This document shows positions 1-14,034 of a stretch of DNA of 64,000 bases, piece after piece (the stretch's first letter is position 1; each line of letters starts with the position of its first letter). This DNA comes from Azolla caroliniana (Eukaryota; Plantae; Polypodiophyta). The position numbers and the translations under genes were made by a program. The notes beneath the pieces are model-generated. The model did not search any database. It was given only the letters and a program-made list of their open reading frames with translations, and was not told the origin of the DNA. The stretch is from the NCBI GenBank assembly GCA_043228905.1, contig JBHGNT010000022.1, forward strand, positions 186,001-250,000, written 5' to 3'.

Positions 1-375
1 GGTATCTTCACCAAATCGGCTTCAATATGTCCAAGTTCGACAATTTTGTGTTCATACAGAGCGACTCCAGAGGAAAACTATTTATCATAATATATGTTGA
101 TGACTTGGTCATTGGAGGAGAGCACATAGTAGATATCAACCATATCAAGAAACTCCTCTCTAGTCTATTCGAAATGAAGGACGTGAAGGAGCTCCATTGC
201 TTCCTAGGTATAGAAGTAATTCGGACCCCGGCTGGGATTATGATCTCCCAACGACACTACATCCTCAACGTATTGTATAAGTTTGGAATGACCAAGTGCA
301 AATTTGTGGCAACCCCTCTCAAAACCTGAAGCTAGATGCCGACTCAAGCACAGTGTGAGCCGACTCACTATCGGA
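1..375 (+). pseudogene. Ty1/Copia reverse transcriptase fragment
   Basis: ORF 27-329 has IIYVDDLVI and FEMKDVKELHCFLGIEV...ISQRHY, typical Copia RT motifs. It is truncated by the window edge and degenerates after ~330. Same family as the RT remnant at 63195-64000. Confidence 0.9.
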
Positions 376-1394
376 AGCCTTTCAGGGAATTAACCACAGG
401 TTCCTTGTGGAGAATAGTGGTATTTCATAGCATGGACCAAGGATATTCTCTGGCTCAAGCATTGAGATCTCGTTGCCATGGTATAGAGAACATTGCTTGG
501 TAAGGATTATACGTTGACTACTTCAATTTTTTGGATTTCAATTCTTTATACTTTATGTTGATTTAATGATTGATTTTGTGTCTCTGGTTACGTTTTTGTC
601 ATTGACAGGATCAAAACCAATGTGAATAGAGGACCGTCATTTCAATTTGTCAATACAATTGAAAATATAACGGTTGGTTACTATGATGAAATAAAAAGGC
701 AACGGATTAAAGAACATTCTAATGAGGTGGGAGGTTCAAATCTACTAGTGTACCAACAGTTACACATAAATTGCAACATGTCACGACGATAGAACGTGGA
801 CTTGTCAACCCTTACCAGAAGCCTCAACATCTCATTATGCGCCTTATCGAAATGTTCTCTAACGAGGGAGATTGGATCTTGGATTTATTTTCTGGCACGG
901 GTACATTTTTATATCTTTCTTGGCTTTGCTCTAGGAAACTAATAATGTAACTTATGGCAAAAGCAATCTTCCTTCTAATTTGGTAATAGGTACCATGTGC
1001 ATTGAAATTGTTTCGAAATACTCTTACATTGGAGAAGGATGAGGACACAGTGAGTTTCATTAACATGAGGATTAAAGCCTTCTGGGAATGCCCAAATCAA
1101 GACGAGGGAGGAGGTAGGTGCAAAGCATATCGAGGATACAAAATGTTTCCAAGTTGCCTCTTGTGAGCCTATTCCCCCATTAGCTGATGAACCTAAGGAG
1201 CTTATTGACCTTGACAATGAGCTTCTAGAGGACCCTACGATTGCCAGCCTATCTAGAGTGGATACTAATGCACAAAATTTCGAGGAGAATTCTCATAAGG
1301 AAGACGAGGAGAACGATGTAGATACCCTTATTGCCATGCAAAACAATGTAATCCATGTTTGAACTTTCTTTTAATATAACATTTTAAGCTTTTT

Positions 1395-1945
1395 TAACCA
1401 AGTTTCATTCTTTTCATTGTGTGATACAATTTGATTATTTAAACATTTCAATGTTATATTCATACGCGAACATGTTATTAGTAGCAAACATGTTATCTTA
1501 TAGCCATGTGAAACATTACGTTGGGATGTTAATTAAAGTACATTGTAATCTAAGTTTCATTCTCTAAAATCTTTAACATTTTAATCTAATGTTCATTCTC
1601 ATTATTAAGTTTCATTCTTTTCATTGTTGAATATAATTTAATAATATTATATTGTCTCCGCATTTCAACCTACGCATTTTAATGTTCTAGTACGCAAACT
1701 TGTTACCTTTATAGCTATGACCGACATTACTTTGGAATGTTATGTTAACATGTAATGTATGTTTCATTTTTAATTGTTACTAACGTTTTCATCATTAACA
1801 TTTTAATCTATGTTTCATTCTCTTAAATCTAAGTTTCATTCTTTTCATTGTTTGATGCAATTTGATTATTGTCGCATTTAAATGTTATATTAGTACACGA
1901 ACGTTACATAATTTGGGATGTTATATTAACATTGCAATCTACAGT
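1395..1945. repeat. Degenerate AT-rich tandem repeat (~210-225 bp period, ~3 units)
   Basis: AGTTTCATTCTTTTCATTGT recurs at ~1401, ~1608 and ~1832, each followed by related AATTTGATTATT/AATGTTATATT blocks. Confidence 0.6.
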
Positions 1946-2122
1946 ACTGGGATTATTGTCTACACTAATTTTATCATAGTTTGATTATTAACATTTGGGA
2001 AAAACAATGTGCATTTAGAATATTGTTTTAACTATTTTTTATCGAATATTGTTCCATTTTAGATAAGTTGAATATACATTCACATTATAATCTCTAAGGA
2101 TTACACTATGCAATACTATATA

Positions 2123-2417
2123 TGTGAACAAGTATGCGAACAAATATGCGGAAGCGTGTGTGAGGACCTGTCGTATTATGCTCAGCAAAAAACACAGAAA
2201 ATATGACAAAAGAAGAAACTGAATCGTAGACACAGTTTGAAGCTCTAATGGAAGCTTTGTTATTTCTCTCTCTATATGTAACTCTTACACTCCAAGACTC
2301 AAGATACAAGAAGAAGAACGTTAAATGTTTGGGTTGAGTTTATATACTCAAGCCCTAACTTCAAGACGTGTTCACACTAGGATACAAGGTGGAAGGAGTC
2401 GGCCTTTTATGCCAACA
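2123..2417 (-). mobile_element. Copia solo LTR with 5-bp TSD (ATATA)
   Basis: TG...CA termini flanked by ATATA at 2118-2122 and 2418-2422. Its end GGAAGGAGTCGGCCTTTTATGCCAACA nearly matches the end of the PBS-flanked LTR at 62906-63194. TATA-like motif near 2340. Confidence 0.8.
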
Positions 2418-2740
2418 ATATAGTCACTAACTATAGATATCAATTCCTCTTCTTGAACTCACACCACCTCATGAGGCTAGAACCTGGAGATCAATCGATG
2501 AATACATTAATGCTAATAGTCTTCAATTTAACCAGATTTTATATCTAGCTATCAACACCCCAACTTTTTCAAGTAAGTTTCTAGTTTAATATTAGATTTT
2601 CCAAACTTAAACTTGTGTCAAATGCGAAAGTCATTGTGATATTCGTGTATTTATTACATTTCTTTTTTTCTTTTTCTTTTTTACTTTTTTTTCCAAAAAA
2701 AAAAACTCCTTCCATTAGTTATAAAATTTTACAGATGAGA

Positions 2741-5700
2741 TTAGTAGATACAAATCCCTGTAGGGACACGATAGGTCCATCTTATGTGGATGCCCACTGA
2801 CTCAATAAAGGGGGAGGACGACCATTGTTGGATGAAGGCTAGTCGTTGTCTTTCAACTCCATCGGAGACACCCTTGAGGCCATCATATTGGCTCTTTAGA
2901 GTGGCTACCACTTCACTTCATATCTCTTGCATTAACACTATTGGCTGCATGGTTTGGTTGGAAAAGACCCATCTACACCATTGTTTCCATAGAATCCAAA
3001 GAGTTATTGGGCTGACCAATTCCAACACAACTTGAGATTTGGCATTGATAGGAGTTGAGTGGACATTGTCGATGGTGGAGAAAAAAACCTCTTGTGCTTT
3101 TATAACCAAAGTCATCCCCTCTTCCTGATGCTCATATCTGTCAACTGGGGCCTGCCATGATAGCCAACATACATTCCCCCACTTGATTGAGGCTTGCACC
3201 TGGCATAATTGCAATAAGCGGCCAACCCCCCACCATATTTGATGGGACTTTGGGCAGTCCCATAGACCGTGTCGTATTGATTCTACTACAGTTGGACACG
3301 CTACACAATTAGGAGAGTGAGGTTCCCACGTTGCCATGCACCAACCGGTAGTGACTTATGTATTAATAGTCATTGGAAAGTGGTGATTCGCCTCGCGTGT
3401 TGTTGTTTCCAAAGTTTCTGCCAAAACTTGGTGATAATTGTGTTAGGAATATGATATGTTTTCCAGACCTTTGCAGCAGCCGGATCTCAGGTAGATTGAG
3501 CGGCTATAATATGGCGACCCAGTCTAGTTGTGAATTGAAAGAAAGGGATAGGTTTGCTTCCTTGCCCCGCGTAAGGATCACACCATCTCCATTTCAAAGG
3601 GTCCCAACTGACCTTACGTAGAAATGTGCTTTCATGAGTACATATGTGCCAATCTGGTTGTACTTTGATCGGATCAGGATCTACAATCCATTTATGCCCA
3701 GTATATGCTAGTACTCGAATTGCCTTACGTTGTGTTGATGCCTCGTTGTCCTGCAGTTCAGAGCCTTCGATCCTGTCCGATGTGTCCCTACCTCTTGGGA
3801 GCAAAGAGCCCTCCTCCTTGTAGCCTATCCATTTCTCCCTTGTCGTCCTTTGATGAGCAGCTTCCCTAATCAGTAGAACGTTAATGATTTCAGATCTCAT
3901 AGCCCATCCGCCCCTGATTCCATGGAGGATGTTGGCCTAGTCTTGTATTGGCAATGACATAAACCGTCTCCAACATTCTATACATTTTCTTGGACCTTCC
4001 GACATGTATCCCCATGACAGCCCCTTACTTGATCCAATTAGTTGATTAGATTCATCCCTAATACATGGGTTCCAAAGGATACGTTGACTGAGCTAGGCAG
4101 GTTCGGAATTGGGTTGATCGCACCTAAGTCCTCATCTAATGTCACACCACGCCTTCCACATGGATGCACTAAATCTATCCTTTAGTTGGCGGGAGAAACT
4201 AGGTTTGAGATCCATGTTTAGAATCCATCCAGTTTGGGGGGCCCAATTGGTCCCTTTTTGTGGCCTAAAGTAAGTGAAGTATAACCGCAATAACTTTTTC
4301 TAGCAGTCATTCCCTGGTTGGAGTCCTCGCACCACAAATTTGGCGAGTAGGGCTTTTGATTGTGAGAGGGGATCAATAAGACCCAATCCTTCTCTCGACT
4401 TAGGTGATGTGAGTATAGGCCACGCCACCTTGGCCCGAGTGGCATGATCTTCCTTACTAGACCAAATGTAGTTGCATACCAGTCGTTGAATCTGGTGTAT
4501 ACTTTCCTTGGAGATTGTCCAGCATGATAGGTTGTACTATGTTGTCACAAGTAATACCTAGTTTGCCACTATGATGCACCCTACTAGCCAGAGTTTTTTC
4601 GAACTCCAATGTATTAACTTATGTCGTATGGAGTCAATAACTGGTGTAATCATAGTCTCTAGAGGTATGTTGAACCCAATTTGGAAACCCAAATATTTGG
4701 TGCTCTCACCTTGATTGATCCACTTGAAAGTGGGATATGGGTGCCACGCATGATGTGCATCATGAGAGAGCCATAGTGCACAGGATTTGTGCCAATTGAT
4801 CATGGCATTGGATCACTTGCAAAATATGTCTAGACCACTTTCTAGCTTTTGTAAATTTTCCAAGTAGACCGTGGTGTCATCTGCAAATTCTATATCTAGG
4901 AGGCTTTGGTGAGAATGCGGCACACGAAGACCACGTAGGCTTAGATGTCGCGAGTTGAGAAAACTAGAGAGTGCTTTGGCATATAATAGAAATAAGGATG
5001 GAGCCAATGGGCAGCCATGTCGTACAGACCACGATATTCGGAAGAAAGGGCCCCTTTCACCTACTAGTGAAACACAGTTGGTGGCGTTCCTATAAATTCC
5101 TACAATGCCTTTGATCCATGATTCATGAAAGCCGAGTTTCTCCATCACACTTTCTAGAAAATTCCAGCATACCCTGTCATATGCTTTCTCAAAATCTAGG
5201 AGCACCACAGCTACCTTGTTGTGGGTATGCTTGGCAAGGGCTACTGCTTCCCAAAATGAGAAGAGGTTGTCTAGGATGCTCCAATTTCTAACAAAACTTG
5301 TCTTAGACGGATGAATGAGCTGAGGGAGAAGTGGTGCTAAGCGGCGTGCCACGATTTTTGCGAGCAACTTATAGACAGTATTGAGGAGAGTTATGGGCCG
5401 CCACTTACTAATGTCATTGGCACTTCCACCACTTTTAGAAATGAGATGTATCATCCCCTGTCCAAATTCCTCTGGCATGTTTCTAGAGGTGATGATCTCC
5501 TCATATACCTGGAGAAGATCTTCTTTAATAGTGTCCCAAAGGCACGTGAAAAAGTGAGGGGTGAGGCCATCGATTCCGGGGCAGCTATTTGCATCCAAAG
5601 CAGAGAGGGCCTCCCATAACTCGATGAGTGATAGGGGATGCACGAGCCATGTATTCATTTCCGTCGTGACTTTCTCAGGTATGCTCTGGAGGATAATATC

Positions 5701-7029
5701 TTCTCTTATTTCTTCCCCTGTGGCCTTATTATCTTCAGTAAGTAGTCGCTTAAAATAACTTGTGGCAATATTCCTCATTTCATCTCCATCCTCCGTGGTT
5801 GTTCCATCTACTCGATTGAGGTTGCGCATCATTGTTCTAGCGTGTCTTGGTCCCTTGGATCGGAAGAATTCCTTCGTGGTTTTGTCCCCTACTCGAATCC
5901 ATCGAGCTATGTTTCCATGAAACTCCATGTCATAGATTGCCTTTTCTGCCATGATGAGTTCATGTTTGGCCATGGCAACTTGTCCCACGAGCCAACTACA
6001 TGTCGGGTATCACTGTTGAAGTCGTTGTAAGGCTATTAATCCCCGTTTTTTCCTCTGTCGCTTTTCCTGAGCATCCGTACTTCTAGTCTTGACAATCTCA
6101 TGTAGTAGGGTTGAAGCTCTTGATAATTTAGCTAGAAGTTTGTCAGATGCTAATGAGGCATTGATGGGTAGTGACCATTGGTTGGCGAGTTGTTCCTTCA
6201 CCTCTATAACTGTGTAGATAGTGTGTGGGATTCGAGGTTGGAATGAGCCCCACTTTCAGTGCAAGCGAAAGTGACCGATCACCAGGTAATGGTCGGAGAA
6301 AGTTGTGCTTGGAGTTATGTGACACCACCCTCCCTTTGCTTCTAGGGCCTCTCCTACATAAAGACGATTGATGCGAGATAGAGTGGGTCCACTATTTCGC
6401 CCATCTGATCGGGAGAATAAGAGAGATTCCCTTTTTCGTTGGAAGTTGTTGGAATGCCATATATCTGGCAAGTTAAGTTGTACACATAACTTCTCCCATT
6501 GTTTCCGTTCCCTTCCTTGTAGGACTCTAAGATTGTTGTTAGAGCTATCATGGATGGATTCAATCATATTAAAATACCCTCCAATGCACCACTCCTTCGC
6601 ACCCGCTACTTGTTGGCAAATGCGCTCCCAGAATGTTGCCCGTTCTGTGTTGCTGCTTGGAGCATAGACATTCATGAAATTCCAACATTGCCCTTGGATG
6701 GCCAACATGCAAAAATGTGCCCTTCCAGGTATCAGTGATTCCTAGTGTATTAAACCTTGGGCTAGATGTTCCCGAATCAAAGTGCAAATACCACCATGAT
6801 TTCCATCCTCCCCTATTGCTAGCTCCCAAATTGTTCGCCATGATCCTGGTAAAAGATCTTTGACTTCCTTTGAACAAGTACTATCAAGGTGGTGTTCCTA
6901 CAACATGATGATGTCAGTAGCACCCCCTAATATATATTCCTCAAGATCTCTTCTCAGTTTCCATCTGTTTTGCTGGTCTAGTCAACTCCTGAGCCCTTGC
7001 ACATTCCATGTTACAATCTTCAAACTCAT
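2741..7029 (-). pseudogene. LINE ORF2 (AP endonuclease - RT - zf-RVT), many stops and frameshifts
   Basis: Starts MSLKIVTWNVQGL at 7029. Endonuclease motifs NVYAP, GGYFN, SDH (6256-6708). RT motifs KWRPITLLN, LDFEKAYDRV, GCPLAP, FADD (4813-5988). C-terminal CxxC...H...C (2918-3337). Confidence 0.9.
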
Positions 7030-7628
7030 GGAATGGGGTTGATGGAATAGCGGTCCACATCCATGAGTGGAGTTTGTGGGTTATCCTGTGAGCTTCAATC
7101 GCCCCTTCATGCTTCTCATAGAAAAAGAAAAATATTGTAGTTAGTTGGGCGTCTATGATAGTCCGCAGGTGGATGTGGCAAAGATGAGGTTCCTCTTCAT
7201 CCATGGTGCACCAGAATTTGGTGTTATGCCAATGCTGCTTTAGTTCGTTCATGAGCTCTTCATCTCTTATTTTTGCTACAAAGCATGCTACTTGGCTACA
7301 TAACGTATCTTTAATCTTGGATTTTGACCAATCTTCTTGTGTCAGAAGCAAGAGTGGAAAGGAGATTGTGGTCATCGGAACTCCGTTATAGGTATTGGCT
7401 GTGGGTCCCACTCGTCGAACTCTTGTGGGGGCCCACTCATCGAAGGTTGGTCGGAGGGTCCCACCTACCTATTCGAAATTTGGGTGGGAAACCCTAGCTT
7501 AGCTTTGATTTAGCAGCGGTCATCGGGATGGAGTAGTGACGGCGGCCTGTGGCCTACACGATTTGTGGAGAGGGTGTGGTGCGTCCATTTTCCACTTCAC
7601 AGTGGCGGCAGCTCTGGCGGTGAAGTGA

Positions 7629-7910
7629 CAGGACCTACAGAGAGGGTGGGATGACCTGTGTGCCCCACATCTACAGAACACCGCTTCTCCAGCGCGCTTC
7701 AGCTCCTGCTCCCTTGCTCTGCTTCAGCTCTTACTCTGGCTCCGCTCCGCTCCGCTCCTCTCTTTCCTGTGTTATCTGCTTCACCAATCTTAACACCAAC
7801 ACATAATCCGCCCCACGTGTGCAGGACATGCAGAGAGGGTGTGATGGCCTGTGTGCCCCACTTCTGCAGAACACTGCTTCTCTAGCACGCTTCAGCTCTT
7901 GCTCCTCTGT
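7629..7910. repeat. Direct repeat (~85 bp, period 193) at LINE 5' end
   Basis: CAGGAC..CAGAGAGGGTG..ATG.CCTGTGTGCCCCAC..CT.CAGAACAC.GCTTCTC starts at 7629 and 7822. Confidence 0.7.
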
Positions 7911-10900
7911 TTTCTCCTCTCTTCTCTGTATTTATTACATTTCGTAATTGGAAACAATAAATGTTAAAAATGTTCAAAAAACTACATGGAGTCGACTTTT
8001 ACCAACTTGTTAAATCTTAATAAATCATTTATATGATGTTCTTGGATTTAATTAAAGTTCATATTTGAAAACATCAACTTTAAAAATATTCAACTAACTT
8101 CATGTTTAGATTTCTTAAACTTGGTAAATGTTAATAATTTTCCAAAGTTAGTATGGTTACGCAAACATGCGATACTAGTGTAGGAAGTTTCTGTATATAG
8201 CCTAAAATTGTACAATTATAAAAGGAATCTTAAAGTGGAATGTGCAATCCTTCCACTTGTGAACACGAACGTGTTATTTGCCTTAATGGAGTGAGTTGCA
8301 TATTATTTGAGTTCATAACTTTATATGCTCTTTAACATTTGAGCAATTGGTGAGATTCAATTGAAAGGTTTTTGTAGCTACTTTTGCTATGATCAAGTGT
8401 GAGGCTTAGTTTGTGATGTGTACATAACTTGTTTATTCTCATAAAATATAAAGTTGCATGTGTTTCACAACTAGTAATTAGTCTACTCTATCTGACTTGG
8501 AGACAAAATTAATCGAGTGTAAGGTAATCATAGTGCCTACATGATCACCCTCATCATTTAAAGGAAGATCCAATTCTAGATCATACCAATTATAATAAAA
8601 ATGTTCCGCATAGTGCTCAATATTCCGCATTGAGTCTTTGTGGTTCCCAATACACTACACATAAAAATCATAAGAATACACCTACTTGGTTGGAATCAAA
8701 GAATTATTGTTTTTGTTTTGATAATGGCACTATTCACAAGGAGTTGAAAAAGTGAATCAAACTTCTAAACTATTCATATATATTCAATAGTATTAGATAT
8801 TGGTAGTTGCAAAGTATACGATTAGGTTGAAAGAATCTTCTTGCATGCTCTACCTATCACTTCAATCCAATGAGTCTATGGATACAAAAACACAAGTTCA
8901 CTATGTTGATTTGGTAGCAAACATAAAAGTTTCTATCTGGGTAGATGGATAGATTGACTTTTAAACAACGTTCCATTATAGCCTTTCTTGAACAATGAAA
9001 ACTAAACCCTTTTCGTTAGAATGAACCTTTCCAATTATATATCTTTTGCCTCTTTCAGAGAAATCATACAAATAGTCTTATGGAAACCATTATGTTATAA
9101 CCTATACGATCCTAAAGAAGCAGCAAACATTCGATTATTTTGACAAGACAGACATTAAGAGGAGGAATAGATCAATTGTTAGATCTTAGATATGATAATA
9201 GATTAAGACTCACCTCTAAACATCCCCACACAATTTGAACATATGCAAAGTGAGAGGCTTTCTCCATATGCAGTCACCCTCATTTGTACATTGACGGCTT
9301 GTAGAAGAACAGAAACAACGCACATAGGACAACCAATTCATGACAGAATTATGCAGTTTATGTAGGGGGATACTGTATTTGGTACCACCTTCGTGGGTAG
9401 GTATGTCATATGTCGGATGCTTGCACAAGTAGAGAAATTGCTGAAAGGCTTTCCCCTTCAAACGCGTCCCTTCAAGCATAATCAAGTTCATGAGGCTCTA
9501 CTTATTTCAATCAGTTGTAAAATGGGGGCCTTTCCCCAGACATTATCACCTTCATAGGCTTCTTGAAGCCTTGTGTTAGTTCAAGAGATATGGGAAAAGG
9601 TAACGTGATATTCAATGTACATTGTAATAGTGGACTATTTTGTATATTGCCTTTGGCCACTCTAATTTTAATACCAATGGAGGATATTTTTATGGAAAAA
9701 GAAAAAGAAAAACATGCCCACACAATTTTTGAGGCCTATGTATGCATTACAACCTCAACTCAAAATTTGTGTGATATTTTCTATGCTAGGCCAAATAGGG
9801 CTCACATAAAAATGTATTTTTCATTATATATTATTTAGTGTTCTAGGTGCCATCGCCTAGATTAGGAATGGTGTTCTAACATTATGACTCATGAGTTTCT
9901 CTAGAATAGGACCCACATAAAATGTATGTTCATACCTTTAGAGTAAGAGCAAATCATTGTATCCTTAAAAAAGAAACCTATGCATAATAAAATTTAGTTG
10001 TTGACAAAATTGTCATCCTAAAATTGGATCAAGCTTGTTCAGACCTAATCAAGATTTTTAATTGGATTTTAAGATAAATGTGGTGGGAGCAAGGGTTTAC
10101 CAACCTTGGAGAGGTTGTCAAGTTGCAACTAGCTAGGTATGTGAAGCCTCACTTGCAAAAGCTAATAATGTTGATAACAAGAACGAAATACAAGGAAAGA
10201 CATCACTTTTCAACTAGGCATGCATAATATGTCTATAGAAACGCATCATTTCTAACAATATTAAAAAACATACATCCATCCTAATTGCATTATCCTCAAA
10301 TCTTTTAGGCTGTCTACAAACTCCCTTGTCTTCTTAAACACTTCTCCATGAAGCATGGGCACTTGTATCAAAACCATACATCTTTTCTCTAGTTGTGCTC
10401 GTAATTGACCACATTAAAACTAGAAACATGATATTCAATACTATAGGCAAGTTAATCTTGAGGTACTAACTTTAACAATGAATGATATTCATGCTTCAAC
10501 AGATGTCATTCCCTCATACTTCCAAGGTAAACTTCTTGCTGATGAATAGTAATCTCATTGTTGTCAACCATCGTTGTCTAGTCTCTCTCTAGCACGAATT
10601 TTTTGTAACTAGTTTCGATTGTAGTATTGTTTATAAGTTATAACACCATCATTTCCTAGAATCTAACGTGGGGATTCTTGTTCAACATTTCCATTTAGAG
10701 TGTAATTTCTTGTGTGGAATCTTGTTAAACTTTCTCGATAAGAGTGACATTTATAACATTGGTAATAGGCATGTCTACAACAAATCACACCATCAACAAG
10801 TTTAAATGAAAAAGGTTTTATATCAAGATTTCTTGTTTTTTTCCCAAAAACATATAAAGATTTCTTATATGTCAAAGATTTCATTTACCTCGGATTGAGG

Positions 10901-11145
10901 TTTACAAGGACCATAAAAATGTCATCGGGAAAATCATAAGGGTTAACATTAGTTTGTTTTGCATCGTGTATGGGATTCGGGAATGTTGCGATAAATTAAT
11001 GTCAGATGTTTACCACAATATCCTTAAGGTTTCATTATTTCCCCAAATGCCTTTGTTCAACCCCTAAAAACCATAAAAGCGGGATGAATCGACCATATTA
11101 TAGTTTCACATAGTGCAATAAGAATATTCTTGAGAGGGAATTTAT

Positions 11146-11350
11146 CAAGGGCGCTCGAGGAAATAAGGAAAACTCAGCCATGAGTAGAAATAGAGAAAAA
11201 TCGGGGATGTTTCAAAGTTTTCTCCCTACTCTCAATGTCATCGTCACTCTCTCTTCCAATCTTCCAAACTTTCAAGGGCACTCAAGGAAATAAAGAAAAC
11301 TCGGCCATGAGTAGAAATACCGAAAATCATGGATGTTTCAAAGTTTTCTC
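11146..11350. repeat. Local direct duplication (~78 bp, period ~127)
   Basis: CAAGGGC.CTC.AGGAAATAA.GAAAACTC.GCCATGAGTAGAAATA...GGATGTTTCAAAGTTTTCTC occurs at 11146 and 11273. Confidence 0.75.
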
Positions 11351-12692
11351 TTCCAATCTTCCTACTTTGATATATAGTGTTCTTTGAAATCATTGGATTA
11401 AAGATTGAAGCAATCTTCCTCATCTGTCCTTTGTGATCATTCACGATATGATCATTGGATCAATGTACTGCTTATTCATTAATTCTTTATACCAAAGAGT
11501 TTATTGGCTTGAATAATTGTCGTAAACGGTTTCCACAAACAAAACAATGAAACCATTTTAATTGTTTAAAAAATGTAGCCATTTGCACTTTTAGCTTTGT
11601 CATTTGTTTTTATCAAAATAATACCCTTAACATTTCACTAAATTTCTCAACATCCCATGCTTTATTTTTTGAACATTCCAACCTACCCCTCATTTTCTCG
11701 AATTCCCAAAATTCTCCTTTCTCCCTCTCTACTATCATTCCAATAATACAACTAAACTCTGCTACAATTAAAATACCATTACTACTCTATAAAGGTTCTT
11801 TCACAAGAACATATTTCAAGTAGGGATGTTTGCCTTAGGGTATTCAAGTCGAAAAAGACAAGAATAGAACAAAAAGGTTTAGAGGAAAAGAGTATTTTAA
11901 TTCTCTCATGTATATTAAAAAGGAGAAAGAGAGGGAGGCAGAGACAAAGACAAAGAGAGACGTGATTATGATATTTAATTTTTAACATACCTAGATGGCC
12001 AAAACATGACCTACGAAACCGAAAAAGAGTATTAAGTGACAATCTCCCTTGTCAATACTTAAGGTGTATCCACACATGGCCCATGTAATTCTTAATATCA
12101 CTCATATGCTTAATTACGTAGAGAGCACACATATGTCGTAAAGGTTGGGGTTGGTGTGCCCAACTTGGAGAAGTTGTGTGAGGTCGGTGCATGTAGAAAA
12201 TGATGGGAAGCATTCTTGAAGTGCTTTGAATGCTTCACATTTTAGTGATAACTCCTCATCTTCAAGCTTTGTTTATATGGGGGAGGGGGGGAGCATGATA
12301 GAAATGTGAAGAAAACTTATTGGCCTTGTCAAAAGAACGATAGAGGACAGGTTTGGACACTATATGAAACTCAAGTAACATGTACACGTTAGGACAACAC
12401 ACTATGATACCATCAATACTTTCTTACGACACGTTTAATAAGTTTTGTCCACCTTGTATGAATAATCGATTAGTTTATTAGTTTTAATTTTACTTTCTTG
12501 GAAAAGGCATACATATTGCCTTAGTTAGTTGTTATTGTTTTGTTGGAAAATTCTCATTAGAACGCAAGGTCTATGGGGCCCAAAGTGGGATTCCCTAAAG
12601 TGAAGGTAAAAGTAAACAATTAGGCTGCATTAGTAGACAACTCTAATTATTACTCAAAAGGCACAACATATGTCGACAAATAGAATTAACAT

Positions 12693-13066
12693 AAAACACA
12701 AGAAGCAAAGAGAAGATACATATACACATATACCCAAGGATAGTTCTGGGAAAAACATAATGTGGCCTACTTAACGTTGAATTTTTTGTGAATTGTAGTC
12801 TTTTGGCTACTACCCCTTAGAATTGAGATAAAACACAATAAGCAGAGAGAAGATATAACCCAAGGATAGTTCCAAAAACAATATAATGTAGCCTACAAAA
12901 CCTCAAATTCTTTGTGAATTGTAATCTTTTGGCAACCCCTTACAATTTAGATAAAACACAATAAGTCAAGAGAAGATATAACCCAAGAATAGTTCCACAA
13001 ACACTATAATGTGTGACCTACAAAACTTCAATTTTTTTGCGAAATGCAATCTTTTGGCTACCCCTT
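12693..13066. repeat. Tandem repeat, 3 x ~123-137 bp
   Basis: AAACACAA.AAG..AGAGAAGATA...ACCCAAG.ATAGTTC...TCTTTTGGC.ACCCCTT repeated three times downstream of the RING gene. Confidence 0.85.
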
Positions 13067-13488
13067 GAGCAAGGAAGGATGGCATAGGAGGTTGATCATG
13101 GGGGTAATGTTAGCTGATCCACTATTAGCACCAAAACTCAAAGGTCATCCTATAATAATAGTTCTACGGATAGGATGCAAGTCAAATGCATTATGTATGC
13201 ACACATATGCTTTACGTTTTACAAATACTCATCTAAAGAGAACTTCCGAACATGGGGGACATGTAGTGTGCGCACATTTTACTTGAATATGGGACAAAAT
13301 TTCGGGTTAGTCGAACCATCCCTTTAAATGATGAAGAGGTTGTCTATAAGAGTAAAACAATAGCAAATACACATCTTAGTGCCTTTTGATGTATGAATAA
13401 ACCTAGAATTGTTTTTTTGAAGTATATAATACAATATCACTATGGTATACATTTAGCCATGCTTTCTTGCTAAACAAGAAGATTGGCT

Positions 13489-13702
13489 TCAAAACAAAGT
13501 GACCCTAAACAACCACATAAGTATCAAGAAAATGATTAAACAAACCAACATTGAGTTGCAGAGGGGTTGGTTATGCCAACAACGTGGGGGCGGAGCCGAC
13601 AAAGTGAGATTATTTGCTTCGAGATCATTCCAATGATCCATGAAACCCGCATCTTCATTTCCGACAATGTTTCGCGCAACGGAGCCACATATTTCACAAA
13701 TC
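13489..13702 (-). CDS. RING-CH (RINGv, C4HC3) membrane-anchored E3 ubiquitin ligase, coding exon 2
   Basis: Acceptor gtgcag|G. Encodes ICEICGSVARN (last two RING cysteines) and a C-terminal hydrophobic segment WHNQPLCNSMLVCLIIFLILMWLFRVTLF*, typical of the plant RING/FYVE/PHD-type RING-CH family. Confidence 0.9.
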
Positions 13703-14034
13703 CTGCACTTGCCATAGGACAATGATCACTATAATTCGTGGAGAACAATAACAACAATCTTTGTACACTCAACTCGAGTCTAATCCCGACAACATTGAAT
13801 AGTATTTCCGGGAGTCTAAGGAAGGATACCATGCTCTAGCAAAAGCATTTGTTTCAGTTGTAAAAAATATAAAGAAAGCATTCAAGCATAACTATAACCG
13901 TAGTTCTCTAACCTTCGAGAACAAAATGCTGTTACTAATCTTCGATTTGAGCAAATGCACTTCATCTTCACTTGGAAAACAATCCTAACTCTTTAAATTA
14001 TGGATTGTGAGTAAAAAAAGGAAATGCCTTCGAA

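Larger units (their letters stand above)
2663..7926 (-). mobile_element. L1-clade LINE, decayed, with 17-bp TSD
   Basis: TGTATTTATTACATTTC duplicated at 2646-2662 and 7927-7943. A T-rich tract at 2663-2692 is the poly(A)-like tail on the minus strand. Internal endonuclease, RT and zf-RVT remnants. Confidence 0.9.

Noticed and set aside
9216-10884. Short Cys/His-containing ORFs in the AT-rich interval
   Set aside because: No recognisable motif, splice structure or element boundaries; possibly very old TE debris but unsupported.
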